Below are positions 1 through 7,277 of a stretch of 20,000 bases of DNA, piece by piece (the stretch's first letter is position 1; every line of letters begins with the position of its first letter). Location: positions 247,975-267,974 of the forward strand of contig JBBDMM010000010.1 in NCBI GenBank assembly GCA_040878325.1, written 5' to 3'. The DNA is from Acidimicrobiia bacterium. GTDB lineage: Bacteria; Actinomycetota; Acidimicrobiia; Spongiisociales; UBA11373. The position numbers and the translations under genes are program-made. The notes below the pieces were generated by a model. It was not told where the DNA came from and did no database searches. It saw only the letters and a program-made list of their open reading frames with translations.

Positions 1-675
1 GAGATCGACGGCATGCAGGCGGAGATCCAGACCTGGGGCGAGGTCGACGAGGTCACCTACTTCACCAAGTCTCAGGCGCTCGACGAGTTCCGGGACATCT
101 TCTCCGATCAGCCGTCCCTCATCGACATCGTCGAGGAGGATCCATCGATCCTGCCCGCCTCGTTCCGTATCAAGCCTGCCGAGGCCGCGGACTACTCGGC
201 GATCCGCGACCGGCTGGTGGTGGTTGACGGCGTCTCGCAGGTGTCGTCGGCCGACGAGGCGATCGATGCGCTGGTCGCGCGGGCAGGCCATATGCGGGCG
301 TTCGCGCTGTGGATCATGGTCATCCTCGGGGCGGCGGCGGTGGTGCTGATCGCCAACACCATTCGGATAGCCATCTTCGCCCGCAGGGACGAGATCGGCA
401 TCATGAAGCTGGTCGGCGCCGGCAACTGGTTCGTACGGATTCCATTCCTGCTGGAGGGCGTGATCGAAGGGGTGATCGGTGCCGTGCTCGCCATCGCCCT
501 GGTGTGGTCGGTGGGCGGTTCTATCGCCGCGCTGCTGTCCACCGCCACCGACGGCGGGTCGATCAGCCCCCCCACCGACTTCATGCTCCGGCAGGCACTG
601 CTGCTGCTCGGGTTCGGTGCCGGCACAGGGTTGCTCGGCAGCGCCTTCGGGATGTGGGGATTCCTGAGAGACTGA
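1..675 (+). CDS. ftsX: Cell division permease FtsX (5' end lies outside the window)
   Basis: C-terminal FtsX signature 'LIANTIRIAIFARRDEIGIMKLVGA...FVRIPFLLEG' with TM helices. The frame is open from base 1, and the gene lies directly upstream of smpB as in many Actinobacteria. Confidence 0.93.
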   Translation, partial: EIDGMQAEIQTWGEVDEVTYFTKSQALDEFRDIFSDQPSLIDIVEEDPSILPASFRIKPAEAADYSAIRDRLVVVDGVSQVSSADEAIDALVARAGHMRAFALWIMVILGAAAVVLIANTIRIAIFARRDEIGIMKLVGAGNWFVRIPFLLEGVIEGVIGAVLAIALVWSVGGSIAALLSTATDGGSISPPTDFMLRQALLLLGFGAGTGLLGSAFGMWGFLRD

Positions 676-680
676 TGAGC

Positions 681-727
681 GAGCCCTCGCTTCGCTCGGG
701 CGGCGATTGGCGATTGGCGATCCGCAA
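681..727 (+). repeat. Intergenic repeat copy 1: GCCC-TCGCTTCGCTC-GGGC hairpin followed by ~3x heptamer GGCGATT
   Basis: gagccctcgcttcgctcgggcggcgattggcgattggcgatccgcaa is near-identical to 1270-1314. Confidence 0.85.
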
Positions 728-812
728 GAATCGCCCGAAATCCTGTGGCGCGTTGCGCATCGCGCCTTGCGAATTGCGGCCTCCCTGGACGGATGCAGCC
801 TGGAGATCTGAG

Positions 813-1271
813 ATGGCAATCAAAACGATCGCTACCAATCGGCGGGCTCGGTTCGACTACGAGATAACCGAGTCGTTCGAAGCCGGCCTCGTGCTGGTCG
901 GCTCGGAGGTGAAGAGCCTGCGCAACGGCCGCGCCGACCTCAAGGACTCGTATGCCGCGGTGAAGGAGGGCGAGATGTGGCTGTACGGCCTGAGGATCTC
1001 GCCGTACGAATTCGCCGCCGAAGGGGGACACGACCCCGAACGCCCTCGCAAGCTGCTGCTGCACCGGCTGGAGATCTCCCGAATCGGAGCGAAGCTCGCC
1101 GAGAAGGGCCTCACCCTGATCCCCACCTCGCTCTACTTCAAGGACGGCAAGGCCAAGGTCGAACTGGGCCTCGGCAAGGGCAAGAGTCGATACGACAAAC
1201 GAGAAACCGTCAAGCGCCGCGAAGCGGACCGAGAGATGCAGCGTGCGATCCGGCACAAGAGCATCGACTGA
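813..1271 (+). CDS. smpB: SsrA-binding protein SmpB (152 aa)
   Basis: 'IATNRRARFDYEI..SFEAGLVLVGSEVKSLR', 'HDPERPRKLLLHR.EI' and 'GKGK..YDKRE' motifs. ATG at 813 has GGAG upstream. The ORF-track start at 309 is a spurious extension. Confidence 0.98.
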   Translation: MAIKTIATNRRARFDYEITESFEAGLVLVGSEVKSLRNGRADLKDSYAAVKEGEMWLYGLRISPYEFAAEGGHDPERPRKLLLHRLEISRIGAKLAEKGLTLIPTSLYFKDGKAKVELGLGKGKSRYDKRETVKRREADREMQRAIRHKSID

Positions 1272-1314
1272 GCCTCGCTTCGCTCGGCCGCGATTGGCGA
1301 TTGGCGATTGGCAA
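1270..1314 (+). repeat. Intergenic repeat copy 2: GCC-TCGCTTCGCTC-GGC hairpin followed by 3x GCGATTG
   Basis: gagcctcgcttcgctcggccgcgattggcgattggcgattggcaa overlaps the smpB stop codon and matches 681-727. Confidence 0.85.
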
Positions 1315-1315
1315 C

Positions 1316-1334
1316 GATCCTTCACGGAAGGATC
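1316..1334 (+). terminator. Short hairpin after smpB (possible terminator or processing stem)
   Basis: GATCCTTC-acg-GAAGGATC is a perfect 8-bp inverted repeat with no U-tract. Confidence 0.35.
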
Positions 1335-1400
1335 CTCCGCGACGCCCTCGTGAGGTGAACGGGCAGTGGGCGGCCGGAATCCTTTTTGGTCGGGGGCGGT

Positions 1401-1409
1401 TGTTACAGT
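1401..1409 (+). promoter_or_regulatory. Extended -10 promoter element for ssrA (TGtTACAGT)
   Basis: TG-n-TANNNT match about 30 nt upstream of the mature tmRNA 5' end, leaving a short precursor leader. Confidence 0.55.
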
Positions 1410-1438
1410 CGCATAGAGCGCTCCACGCGCGACCCCCT

Positions 1439-1785
1439 GGGGGTGACGTGGTTTCGACTGTGAGGTCGAGGCGCCGGTAGCGAGCCGAGGTCCCCGGAGT
1501 CCTCGTTAAAGAACCGGGACAAACATACGTGCCGAAGACAACTTCGCACAGGCTGCCTAACTAAGCGGCCCGTCCGACCGGAGGGCTCCCCCCTCACCGG
1601 ACCCGGGCGTCGCAATGGGGGATGCTCCCGCCGGGATGCCGGGACCGGCGGGTCAAGACAACTCCGGCTCAGGGGGTAGGTCCGCCCGCCGATAGGGTCC
1701 TGCCTTCCAAAAAAATCTATCGGCTGCGCTCGGAGAACCGTCGTCAAAAACTCACAGGACCGGGGTTCGACTCCCCGCACCTCCA
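1439..1785 (+). ncRNA. ssrA: tmRNA (transfer-messenger RNA); tag reading frame 1531-1560 encodes (A)AEDNFAQAA*
   Basis: 5' GGGGGTGACGTGGTTTCGAC and 3' T-arm CGGGG-TTCGACT-CCCCG. The acceptor stem GGGGGTG/CACCTCC has the G3.U alanine determinant, with discriminator A1785. Resume codon GCC follows ATACGT, the tag ends in AA-stop, and the gene follows smpB. Confidence 0.97.
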
Positions 1786-1800
1786 CTAGATAGCAGACAA

Positions 1801-1830
1801 GACGAGCCCCCCCCCGGAGGCGGGCTCGTC
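1801..1830 (+). terminator. Hairpin downstream of tmRNA (probable intrinsic terminator)
   Basis: GACGAGCCC...GGGCTCGTC 9-bp inverted repeat about 15 nt after the tmRNA 3' end. Confidence 0.65.
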
Positions 1831-1846
1831 GGTCCCCGGGGGGAGG

Positions 1847-2281
1847 GTGGAGTCGATCATCTACCACCAGGCCGCCGTTCAGATCGAGACGGGCGGAGTG
1901 ATCACGATCCTCCGGGCCGATACCTCCGCCGTTGGTGCCCCCGTTGAATCTCCGCTCGGGGAAGGGGATCGATTCGTGATGTTCCTCGAGTACGTCGAGG
2001 GGGAGTCCGCCCCGGGAATCTCGTCGGTGGAATGCTTCTACGCGGTCCTTGGCGGTGACGATGGGGTGTTTCAGGTCGTCGGCGACCGGGCCATCGCCCG
2101 GGGCCGTGTGCAGGCGCTCCTCGAAGCAGATGTCGACGACGATGTCCCTGACGACGACTCGGTTCCATGGCTGGTCGCCGATCTTGCCGAGGTCATCGGG
2201 GTGGTGGAGTCGGTCCGCCCGGCCTGAGATTTCCTCGCGCTGATCGCCAACGCAAGAGACGAAGGCAAGCAGGCCGACTGA
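1847..2281 (+). pseudogene. Probable gene remnant/hypothetical protein (ORF 1847-2227, with in-frame continuation to a second TGA at 2279-2281)
   Basis: Coding-like composition. GTG1847 has no well-spaced RBS and no signal peptide. After TGA 2225-2227 the frame continues DFLALIANARDEGKQAD* up to just before the hairpin at 2301. Confidence 0.45.
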
Positions 2282-2300
2282 CGCGACGGGAGTCCCTCAG

Positions 2301-2330
2301 GAGAGAGCCCGCCTGGTGGCGGGCTCTCTC
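2301..2330. terminator. Bidirectional terminator-like hairpin between convergent ORFs
   Basis: GAGAGAGCCCGCC-tggt-GGCGGGCTCTCTC is a perfect 13-bp stem. Confidence 0.8.
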
Positions 2331-2348
2331 TCGCTGCTTGGTTGGGGC

Positions 2349-2915
2349 TCAGTCCATGACCGGTTCGCCGTCGGGGGCGACGACCCACCAGTTGCCGCCG
2401 ATGCCCTGACCGCGGGTGGAGCCCGGGGTCACGTCAGGCAGGTAGTAGTACAGCGGCCATCCGTTGTAGGTCACCTGCAGGCTTCCGTCCGGCCGCGGCG
2501 TGGAGCCGAGAAGGGCCGGATCGATACCCGCTCCCGCACCGACCTCGCCATCGTCCTCGAACGGTGGCCAGGTGGTTGCACAGGTACCGGTGCAGGTAGG
2601 AGCCGACTGATTGTCGGGCTGGAACAGATAGAGGGTGAACCCGTCCTGATCGACCAGGATCTCGCCGCGCTCGCCGTCCTCCGCAGTCGTCAGGAATCGT
2701 CCGGTGGTGGCCACACTCGTGGTGGTTGCGGCGTCACTCGTGGTCGTGGTGGCGGCCCCGGTGCTGGTGGTGATCGCCGCGCTGGTAGTGGTGGTGGCCA
2801 GGGTGGTCGTGGTATCCACGGCGGCACTCGTTGTGGTCGATGAAGACGAATCGTCGTCACCGCACGCGACCACCAACAGCAGCAAGGCCGCGCTGAGCAG
2901 GGTCTTGTTACGCAA
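2349..2915 (-). CDS. COG4315/Lipoprotein_15 (secreted repeat) family lipoprotein with Thr-rich linker
   Basis: TTG start at 2915 with AGGAG RBS, lipobox 'VVAC', and motifs 'ILVDQDGFTLYLF..D', 'CTGTCATTWPP', 'QVTYNGWPLYYY..D...G..GQG.GG.WW'. Confidence 0.88.
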   Translation of the reverse strand: MRNKTLLSAALLLLVVACGDDDSSSSTTTSAAVDTTTTLATTTTSAAITTSTGAATTTTSDAATTTSVATTGRFLTTAEDGERGEILVDQDGFTLYLFQPDNQSAPTCTGTCATTWPPFEDDGEVGAGAGIDPALLGSTPRPDGSLQVTYNGWPLYYYLPDVTPGSTRGQGIGGNWWVVAPDGEPVMD

Positions 2916-3035
2916 TCTGGTTCTCCTGTTAGAGGATTGGTAGATGACGGTTATCCCCCGATTGCCATCCGTCAACCCTCGGCGAGAGCAAACATGGGTG
3001 CCCGCTAACGTCGGATGACCTCAGGAGGGATCAAC

Positions 3036-3434
3036 TTGAAACACATGATGCGTATGGCGATCGTATCGGCGGCTGTCGTGCTCGTGGTGGGAGCCTGCGG
3101 CGACGACGACACGACCACGACGACCGCCGCACCCGCGACGACCACGACGGCGGCATCGGCGACCACCGCGCCGACAGGGACCGGCGAGACCGAGGAGGTG
3201 TCGATCGAGGGCTTTGCGTTCGTCCCGCAGAACCTCACCGTGTCGGTCGGGACGACCGTTCGGTGGAGCAACACGGACGCGACCACCCACACTGCGACTG
3301 CCGTCGGCGGCGAGTTCAACGGGTCCATGGCCGGTGGAGCGACCTTCGAGCACACCTTCACCGCTCCCGGGGTGGTCGATTATGTGTGTTCCATCCACCC
3401 CACCATGACCGGGGAGATCACCGTCGAAGGTTGA
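3036..3434 (+). CDS. Plastocyanin/amicyanin-like type-1 copper (cupredoxin) lipoprotein
   Basis: AGGAGG RBS before TTG 3036, lipobox 'VGAC' and Thr-rich linker. 'FAFVPQNLTVSVGTTVRWSN.D...HT' and 'Y.CSIHPTM.G.I.V' supply the His/Cys/His/Met ligand set. Confidence 0.92.
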   Translation: MKHMMRMAIVSAAVVLVVGACGDDDTTTTTAAPATTTTAASATTAPTGTGETEEVSIEGFAFVPQNLTVSVGTTVRWSNTDATTHTATAVGGEFNGSMAGGATFEHTFTAPGVVDYVCSIHPTMTGEITVEG

Positions 3435-3458
3435 ACCGGAAATAGAGAGCGATCGATG

Positions 3459-3480
3459 GGGCCGGCCTTCGGGCCGGCCC
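3459..3480. terminator. Bidirectional hairpin with C(UUCG)G loop between convergent genes
   Basis: GGGCCGGCC-TTCG-GGCCGGCCC is a perfect 9-bp stem. Confidence 0.8.
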
Positions 3481-3487
3481 TGTCGTG

Positions 3488-4291
3488 TCAGGAGAGCAGC
3501 AGCTTGTCGAGCCGCCGGGCCGTTATCGCGACCCCAACCGCCCCCATCCCTATCAGGAAGCCGAGATGCCCGGCGATGCTCCAGTCGAACGACCCGAGGG
3601 TGCACGCGCGGATGAGCTCGACCCCGTGGTAGAGCGGCGAAAAGCGGGCGATCGTCTGGATCGCTTCCGGATAGACGTCGAGCGGATAGAAGGTCCCTGA
3701 GAAGAGGAACAGCGGCAGCGTGACCATGTTCACCAGGTCGAAGTCCTGCCACGACTTCATGAAGGTGGTGGCAGTCATCCCCACCGCGGCGAAGGCGAAT
3801 CCGATGAGAACCGCGGCCGGGACGGCCATGACCGCCCACGCCGAATGCACATAGCCGAAGGCCGTGATGACGACCAGGAATGCCACGGCGTAGAGGAGCC
3901 CCCGGCCGAGCGACCAGGCGATCTCGCCCACTGCAATGTGGCGGGGGAGCATCGGAGTGGAGAGAATTGCGTCGTACACCTTGCCGTACCGCAACTTGAA
4001 GAAGATGTTGAAGGTCGACTCGTAGACGGCACCGTTCATCGCCGAGGCCGCCAGCAGGGCGGGAGCGACGAACGCCGCGTAGGCGACCATGGTGCCGTCG
4101 GGTCCGGGCACGTCGCCGACGAGCTTGCCGATCCCCACACCGATCGAGAACAGATAGAAGACCGGCTCGAAGAATCCCGAGAAGACGATGACCCAGATGC
4201 GTCGGTAGACGAGGAAGCTCCGTTCGAGCATCCGGAGGGCGCTGCCAGGCATGAACGGCGGAATCACCCGGGGGTGGAGCGTCGCACTCAT
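3488..4291 (-). CDS. ABC-2 type exporter permease (NodJ-like), subunit 2
   Basis: 'FFEPVFYLFSIGVGIG..VG', 'YAAFVAPALLA', 'YDAILSTP', 'PLFLFSGTFYP'. ATG 4291 overlaps the upstream stop (ATGA). The 592-aa ORF-track call is over-extended. Confidence 0.92.
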   Translation of the reverse strand: MSATLHPRVIPPFMPGSALRMLERSFLVYRRIWVIVFSGFFEPVFYLFSIGVGIGKLVGDVPGPDGTMVAYAAFVAPALLAASAMNGAVYESTFNIFFKLRYGKVYDAILSTPMLPRHIAVGEIAWSLGRGLLYAVAFLVVITAFGYVHSAWAVMAVPAAVLIGFAFAAVGMTATTFMKSWQDFDLVNMVTLPLFLFSGTFYPLDVYPEAIQTIARFSPLYHGVELIRACTLGSFDWSIAGHLGFLIGMGAVGVAITARRLDKLLLS

Positions 4292-5076
4292 TTGATCAGC
4301 CGCTTCCGCATCATCCTCGTAGCCAGCACCATTCCGAGCAGTATCAGCGCGAGGAGGTACCCGATGCTCACGAGCGGGTCCACCTCGAACTCGGTTCCGA
4401 GTGCGAGTCCGCGGCATAGCGACACGCCGTGCCAGAGGGGTGTGGCGTAGGCGACCGGCTGCAGCCACCCGGGGAGTTGGGTCACTGGAAAGAAGGTCCC
4501 CGAGAACAGGAACAACGGGGTGATGCCGAAACGGAAGAGCGAGGACAGGCCCTGCTCGTCCTTGAGTCGGGCGGTGTACGCAGTCACGATCCCGGCGAAG
4601 GCCATCCCGGTGGCCACGGCAGCGGGTATCGCCAGCAGTCCCTCGACCACCGTGGTGGCTCCGAAGACGGTCATCACCGCCGAGTAGACGAGCGTCACGA
4701 AGACCAGCCGGATCCCGACCCATCCGAGATGCCCCACCACCAGATCGGTTACCCCTATCGGGGTTGCCAGCACCGCGTCGTAGCTCTTGCGCCACTTGAT
4801 ACCGGCCATCACCGGGAAGGCCGAGTCGCTGGCCCCGGTCGTCATTGCAGTGGCCGCCAGCAGGCCGGGTGCGAGGAACGTGAGGTACGGGATGTCGAGC
4901 GTCGCATCGCCCGAACCGCTGTCCACCAGTTTGCCGAGCCCGACGCCCATCGCCAGGAGAAACAGAATGGGATTGAAGAACGTGCTCACCAGGCTGCCGC
5001 GGTAGGTGCGGCGATACACCCGCGCCGAAGCCTCGATGAGACGGGCCGGGTGGGAGAGGTTGATCCCGATCATCAC
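4288..5076 (-). CDS. ABC-2 type exporter permease (NodJ-like), subunit 1
   Basis: 'PILFLLAMGVGLG', 'YLTFLAPGLLA', 'PLFLFSGTFFP'. It has six TM segments and is coupled to the ATPase gene. Confidence 0.92.
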   Translation of the reverse strand: MMIGINLSHPARLIEASARVYRRTYRGSLVSTFFNPILFLLAMGVGLGKLVDSGSGDATLDIPYLTFLAPGLLAATAMTTGASDSAFPVMAGIKWRKSYDAVLATPIGVTDLVVGHLGWVGIRLVFVTLVYSAVMTVFGATTVVEGLLAIPAAVATGMAFAGIVTAYTARLKDEQGLSSLFRFGITPLFLFSGTFFPVTQLPGWLQPVAYATPLWHGVSLCRGLALGTEFEVDPLVSIGYLLALILLGMVLATRMMRKRLIK

Positions 5077-5999
5077 TCGACCAGGGACCGACCGGTGAGA
5101 TGGAGGAAAACGTCTTCGAGCGTCGCCCGCCGGCTGACGGTCGACTCGGGGACCAACCCGCGGCCGTGGACCTCGTCGAAGGCGTGGTCGGCATCGTTGG
5201 TGTAGACCAGCACCCGGTCAGGAAGGATCTCGATTCGGGTGCCGAGATCCCGGAGTTTGTCGGCATGCTCTTCCTGGGTGCCGACCTCGAATCTCAGCTC
5301 GAGGACTTCGCGGGTCGAGTGCTGTTCGATCAGTTCCCGGGGGGATCCCTCGGCAACGATCTTTCCTTTGTCCATGATGACCAGCCGGTCACAGAGCTGC
5401 TCGGCCTCGTCCATGTAGTGGGTGGTGATGATCAGAGTCACTCCCTCCCGCTTGAGGCGGTACAGGCGGTCCCACAGCAGGTGGCGCGCCTGGGGGTCGA
5501 GGCCGGTGGTCGGTTCGTCGAGGAGCAGCAGCTCGGGGGAGTTGATGAGCCCGCGGGCGATCGTCAGCCGCCGCTTCATGCCGCCCGACAGCGGCTCGAC
5601 CCGGCTCTTTCTGCGCTCATCGAGCTGGGCGAATTTGAGAAGCTCGTCGATCCGTCCGTCGATCACCTTCTTGGGCAGGCCGAAGTAGCGACCGTAGATG
5701 AGGAGGTTCTCGTAGACGGTGAGTTCCTCGTCGAGGTTGTCTTCCTGGGGGACCACGCCCAGCCGTGCCCGGATTCGGGCCCCGTCCTGGGCGGGGTCCA
5801 TCCCGAGGACTCGCAGCTCACCCGAGGTGACCGGCGACACGGAGCCGATCATTCGCATCGTCGACGATTTCCCTGCGCCGTTGGGGCCGAGAAAGCCAAA
5901 GACCTCCCCCGGTCTCACCTCGAAGTCGATCTCGTCGACGGCTACCAGCTCACCGAAGGACTTGCGAAGGTTGCGGGCTGAGACGAGTGGTTCCGACAT
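5073..5999 (-). CDS. ABC exporter ATP-binding protein (NodI/DrrA-like)
   Basis: Walker A GPNGAGKS, signature LSGGMKRR, Walker B LLLLDEPT, and H-loop TTHYM. Confidence 0.96.
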   Translation of the reverse strand: MSEPLVSARNLRKSFGELVAVDEIDFEVRPGEVFGFLGPNGAGKSSTMRMIGSVSPVTSGELRVLGMDPAQDGARIRARLGVVPQEDNLDEELTVYENLLIYGRYFGLPKKVIDGRIDELLKFAQLDERRKSRVEPLSGGMKRRLTIARGLINSPELLLLDEPTTGLDPQARHLLWDRLYRLKREGVTLIITTHYMDEAEQLCDRLVIMDKGKIVAEGSPRELIEQHSTREVLELRFEVGTQEEHADKLRDLGTRIEILPDRVLVYTNDADHAFDEVHGRGLVPESTVSRRATLEDVFLHLTGRSLVE

Positions 6000-6048
6000 G
6001 GCGACGGAACGGTAGTAGCCGTCGGTGTCAGGAAAGTGGGGCCGGCGA

Positions 6049-7203
6049 TCAGGTCGTGGAGCCGGGAATCCAGTCGCGGAGACGTTGGCGCTTGGCGGTC
6101 GTCACTGCCTGGTCGACCAGATCGTCGATCGCAACAGCAATTGAAACGGCCTGTGCCGGCTTGGTGGATACGGTCACCCGACCGCCTTCGCTGATGTCGC
6201 ACAGTTCCCGGCTCCTCGCCGATGCCTCGTAGGTGCCGATTTGTTCGGCTCGCGTCCTGATCTCGCTCTTGCTGAGGCCGAGCAGAGGGCGCAGCACAGG
6301 AGTCGGCACCATCCGGTCGAGGCTGGCGAGGTTGTCGAGGGTCTGCGTCGAGACCTGGCCGAGAGATTCGCCAGTCACCAGTGCCCGGCTGTCGGCGAGG
6401 TCGGCGGTGATCCGGTCGGCGGCGAGGTACATCAGTGCCTTCAGGGCCATCTGGCGCATTCGGGGATCGACCCTGCGGGTGAGTTCTGGGACCAGGGGCT
6501 CGATGTCGGCGATAATCCACCAGGGGTCGCTGCCTGCCCCGAATCGCTCGAACAGGTCGTGGGCGATCCCGGCGGCGTGATCTGCCTGCCCGCATCCGAG
6601 GGAGAAGTGGAGGTAGTCGAGAACCACGCCGCGGCGGGCGACCATGTACGCCGCGACCGGGGAGTCGATTCCGCCGCTGAACATCGCCAGAGCCCGGCCC
6701 TGGGTGCCCAGGGGGAAGCCCCCGACCGCAGGATGACGCTCCACGGTGAGGTCGGCGACCTCATCGACCACCCGGACGACGACTGTGACCTCAGGGTTGG
6801 TGAGGTCGACTCGACCGCCGGCGTCGACGAGGCGGGAGCCGGCGGCGACGGCGAGATCCTGAGAGGTCCACGAGTGCAAGCCCATCCGACGCGGCCTCAC
6901 CGCGAACGAACGCCCGGCGACGGCGGCGGCAAAACGATCGGCGACGGTGTCGGCGAGGCCCTCCAAGTCGGTGGCGGCAACCCGTTCGACCTTTTCGACG
7001 GCGGCGATACCAAAGATTCGGCTGAGTCGTTCCACCCCTCGAGGGTCGGTGGACTCGACCTGGAGGCGGTGGCCCGCGAGGCGGGTGACCCGCACCGCAC
7101 CATCCAGCGCGGTTGCAATGTTCTCGGTCAGGACGCGTTGCATCCGGCGCTGGGTGCGCGGCGACTTCAGGTAGATCTCGGTATCGAGGGCGACTACGAG
7201 CAT
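6049..7203 (-). CDS. thiI: tRNA 4-thiouridine(8) synthase ThiI (THUMP + PP-loop, no rhodanese domain)
   Basis: N-terminal 'EIYLKS', THUMP 'SFAVR.RR.G.H...S' and 'VDLTNP', then 'GGFPLGTQGRAL.MFSGGIDSPVAAY', 'TGESLGQVSTQT', 'RPLLG..K.EI...A..IGTYE' and the conserved Cys in 'ELC'. Confidence 0.92.
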   Translation of the reverse strand: MLVVALDTEIYLKSPRTQRRMQRVLTENIATALDGAVRVTRLAGHRLQVESTDPRGVERLSRIFGIAAVEKVERVAATDLEGLADTVADRFAAAVAGRSFAVRPRRMGLHSWTSQDLAVAAGSRLVDAGGRVDLTNPEVTVVVRVVDEVADLTVERHPAVGGFPLGTQGRALAMFSGGIDSPVAAYMVARRGVVLDYLHFSLGCGQADHAAGIAHDLFERFGAGSDPWWIIADIEPLVPELTRRVDPRMRQMALKALMYLAADRITADLADSRALVTGESLGQVSTQTLDNLASLDRMVPTPVLRPLLGLSKSEIRTRAEQIGTYEASARSRELCDISEGGRVTVSTKPAQAVSIAVAIDDLVDQAVTTAKRQRLRDWIPGSTT

Positions 7204-7277
7204 TGCACGGCCCGGATGGGGAGGGAGATCCTGAGGATACCGCCTCATCCGCGCGACGAAGGCCTATGGTCGGGACC

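Noticed and set aside
722..779. Possible riboswitch in the ftsX-smpB gap (nested stems CCGCAA/TTGCGG and GGCGCG/CGCGCC)
   Set aside because: Short GC-rich stems arise easily by chance, and no known aptamer consensus was recognised.
192..1325. 377-aa minus-strand ORF and other long antisense or alternate-frame ORFs (e.g. 5100-5981, 6241-7281, 15436-16503, 17396-18706)
   Set aside because: They lie opposite or across clearly recognisable genes and have no motifs. Long shadow ORFs are expected in high-GC DNA.
2225..2281. Selenocysteine readthrough at TGA 2225-2227
   Set aside because: No redox-motif context and no clear SECIS hairpin immediately downstream. A nonsense mutation or a true stop is simpler.
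1786..3480. Integrated genomic island or prophage at ssrA
   Set aside because: No integrase, no attR repeat and no evident compositional shift. The downstream genes look host-typical.
3488..5266. 592-aa ORF suggesting a large fusion permease
   Set aside because: The N-terminal ~325 aa is off-frame, low-complexity translation over two other genes. The real start is ATG 4291, with an ATGA overlap.
3488..5999. Nod-factor export (nodIJ), or an antibiotic-resistance call for the ABC exporters here and at 16048-17813
   Set aside because: Similarity is family-level only. No biosynthetic genes are nearby and the substrate cannot be inferred from sequence.
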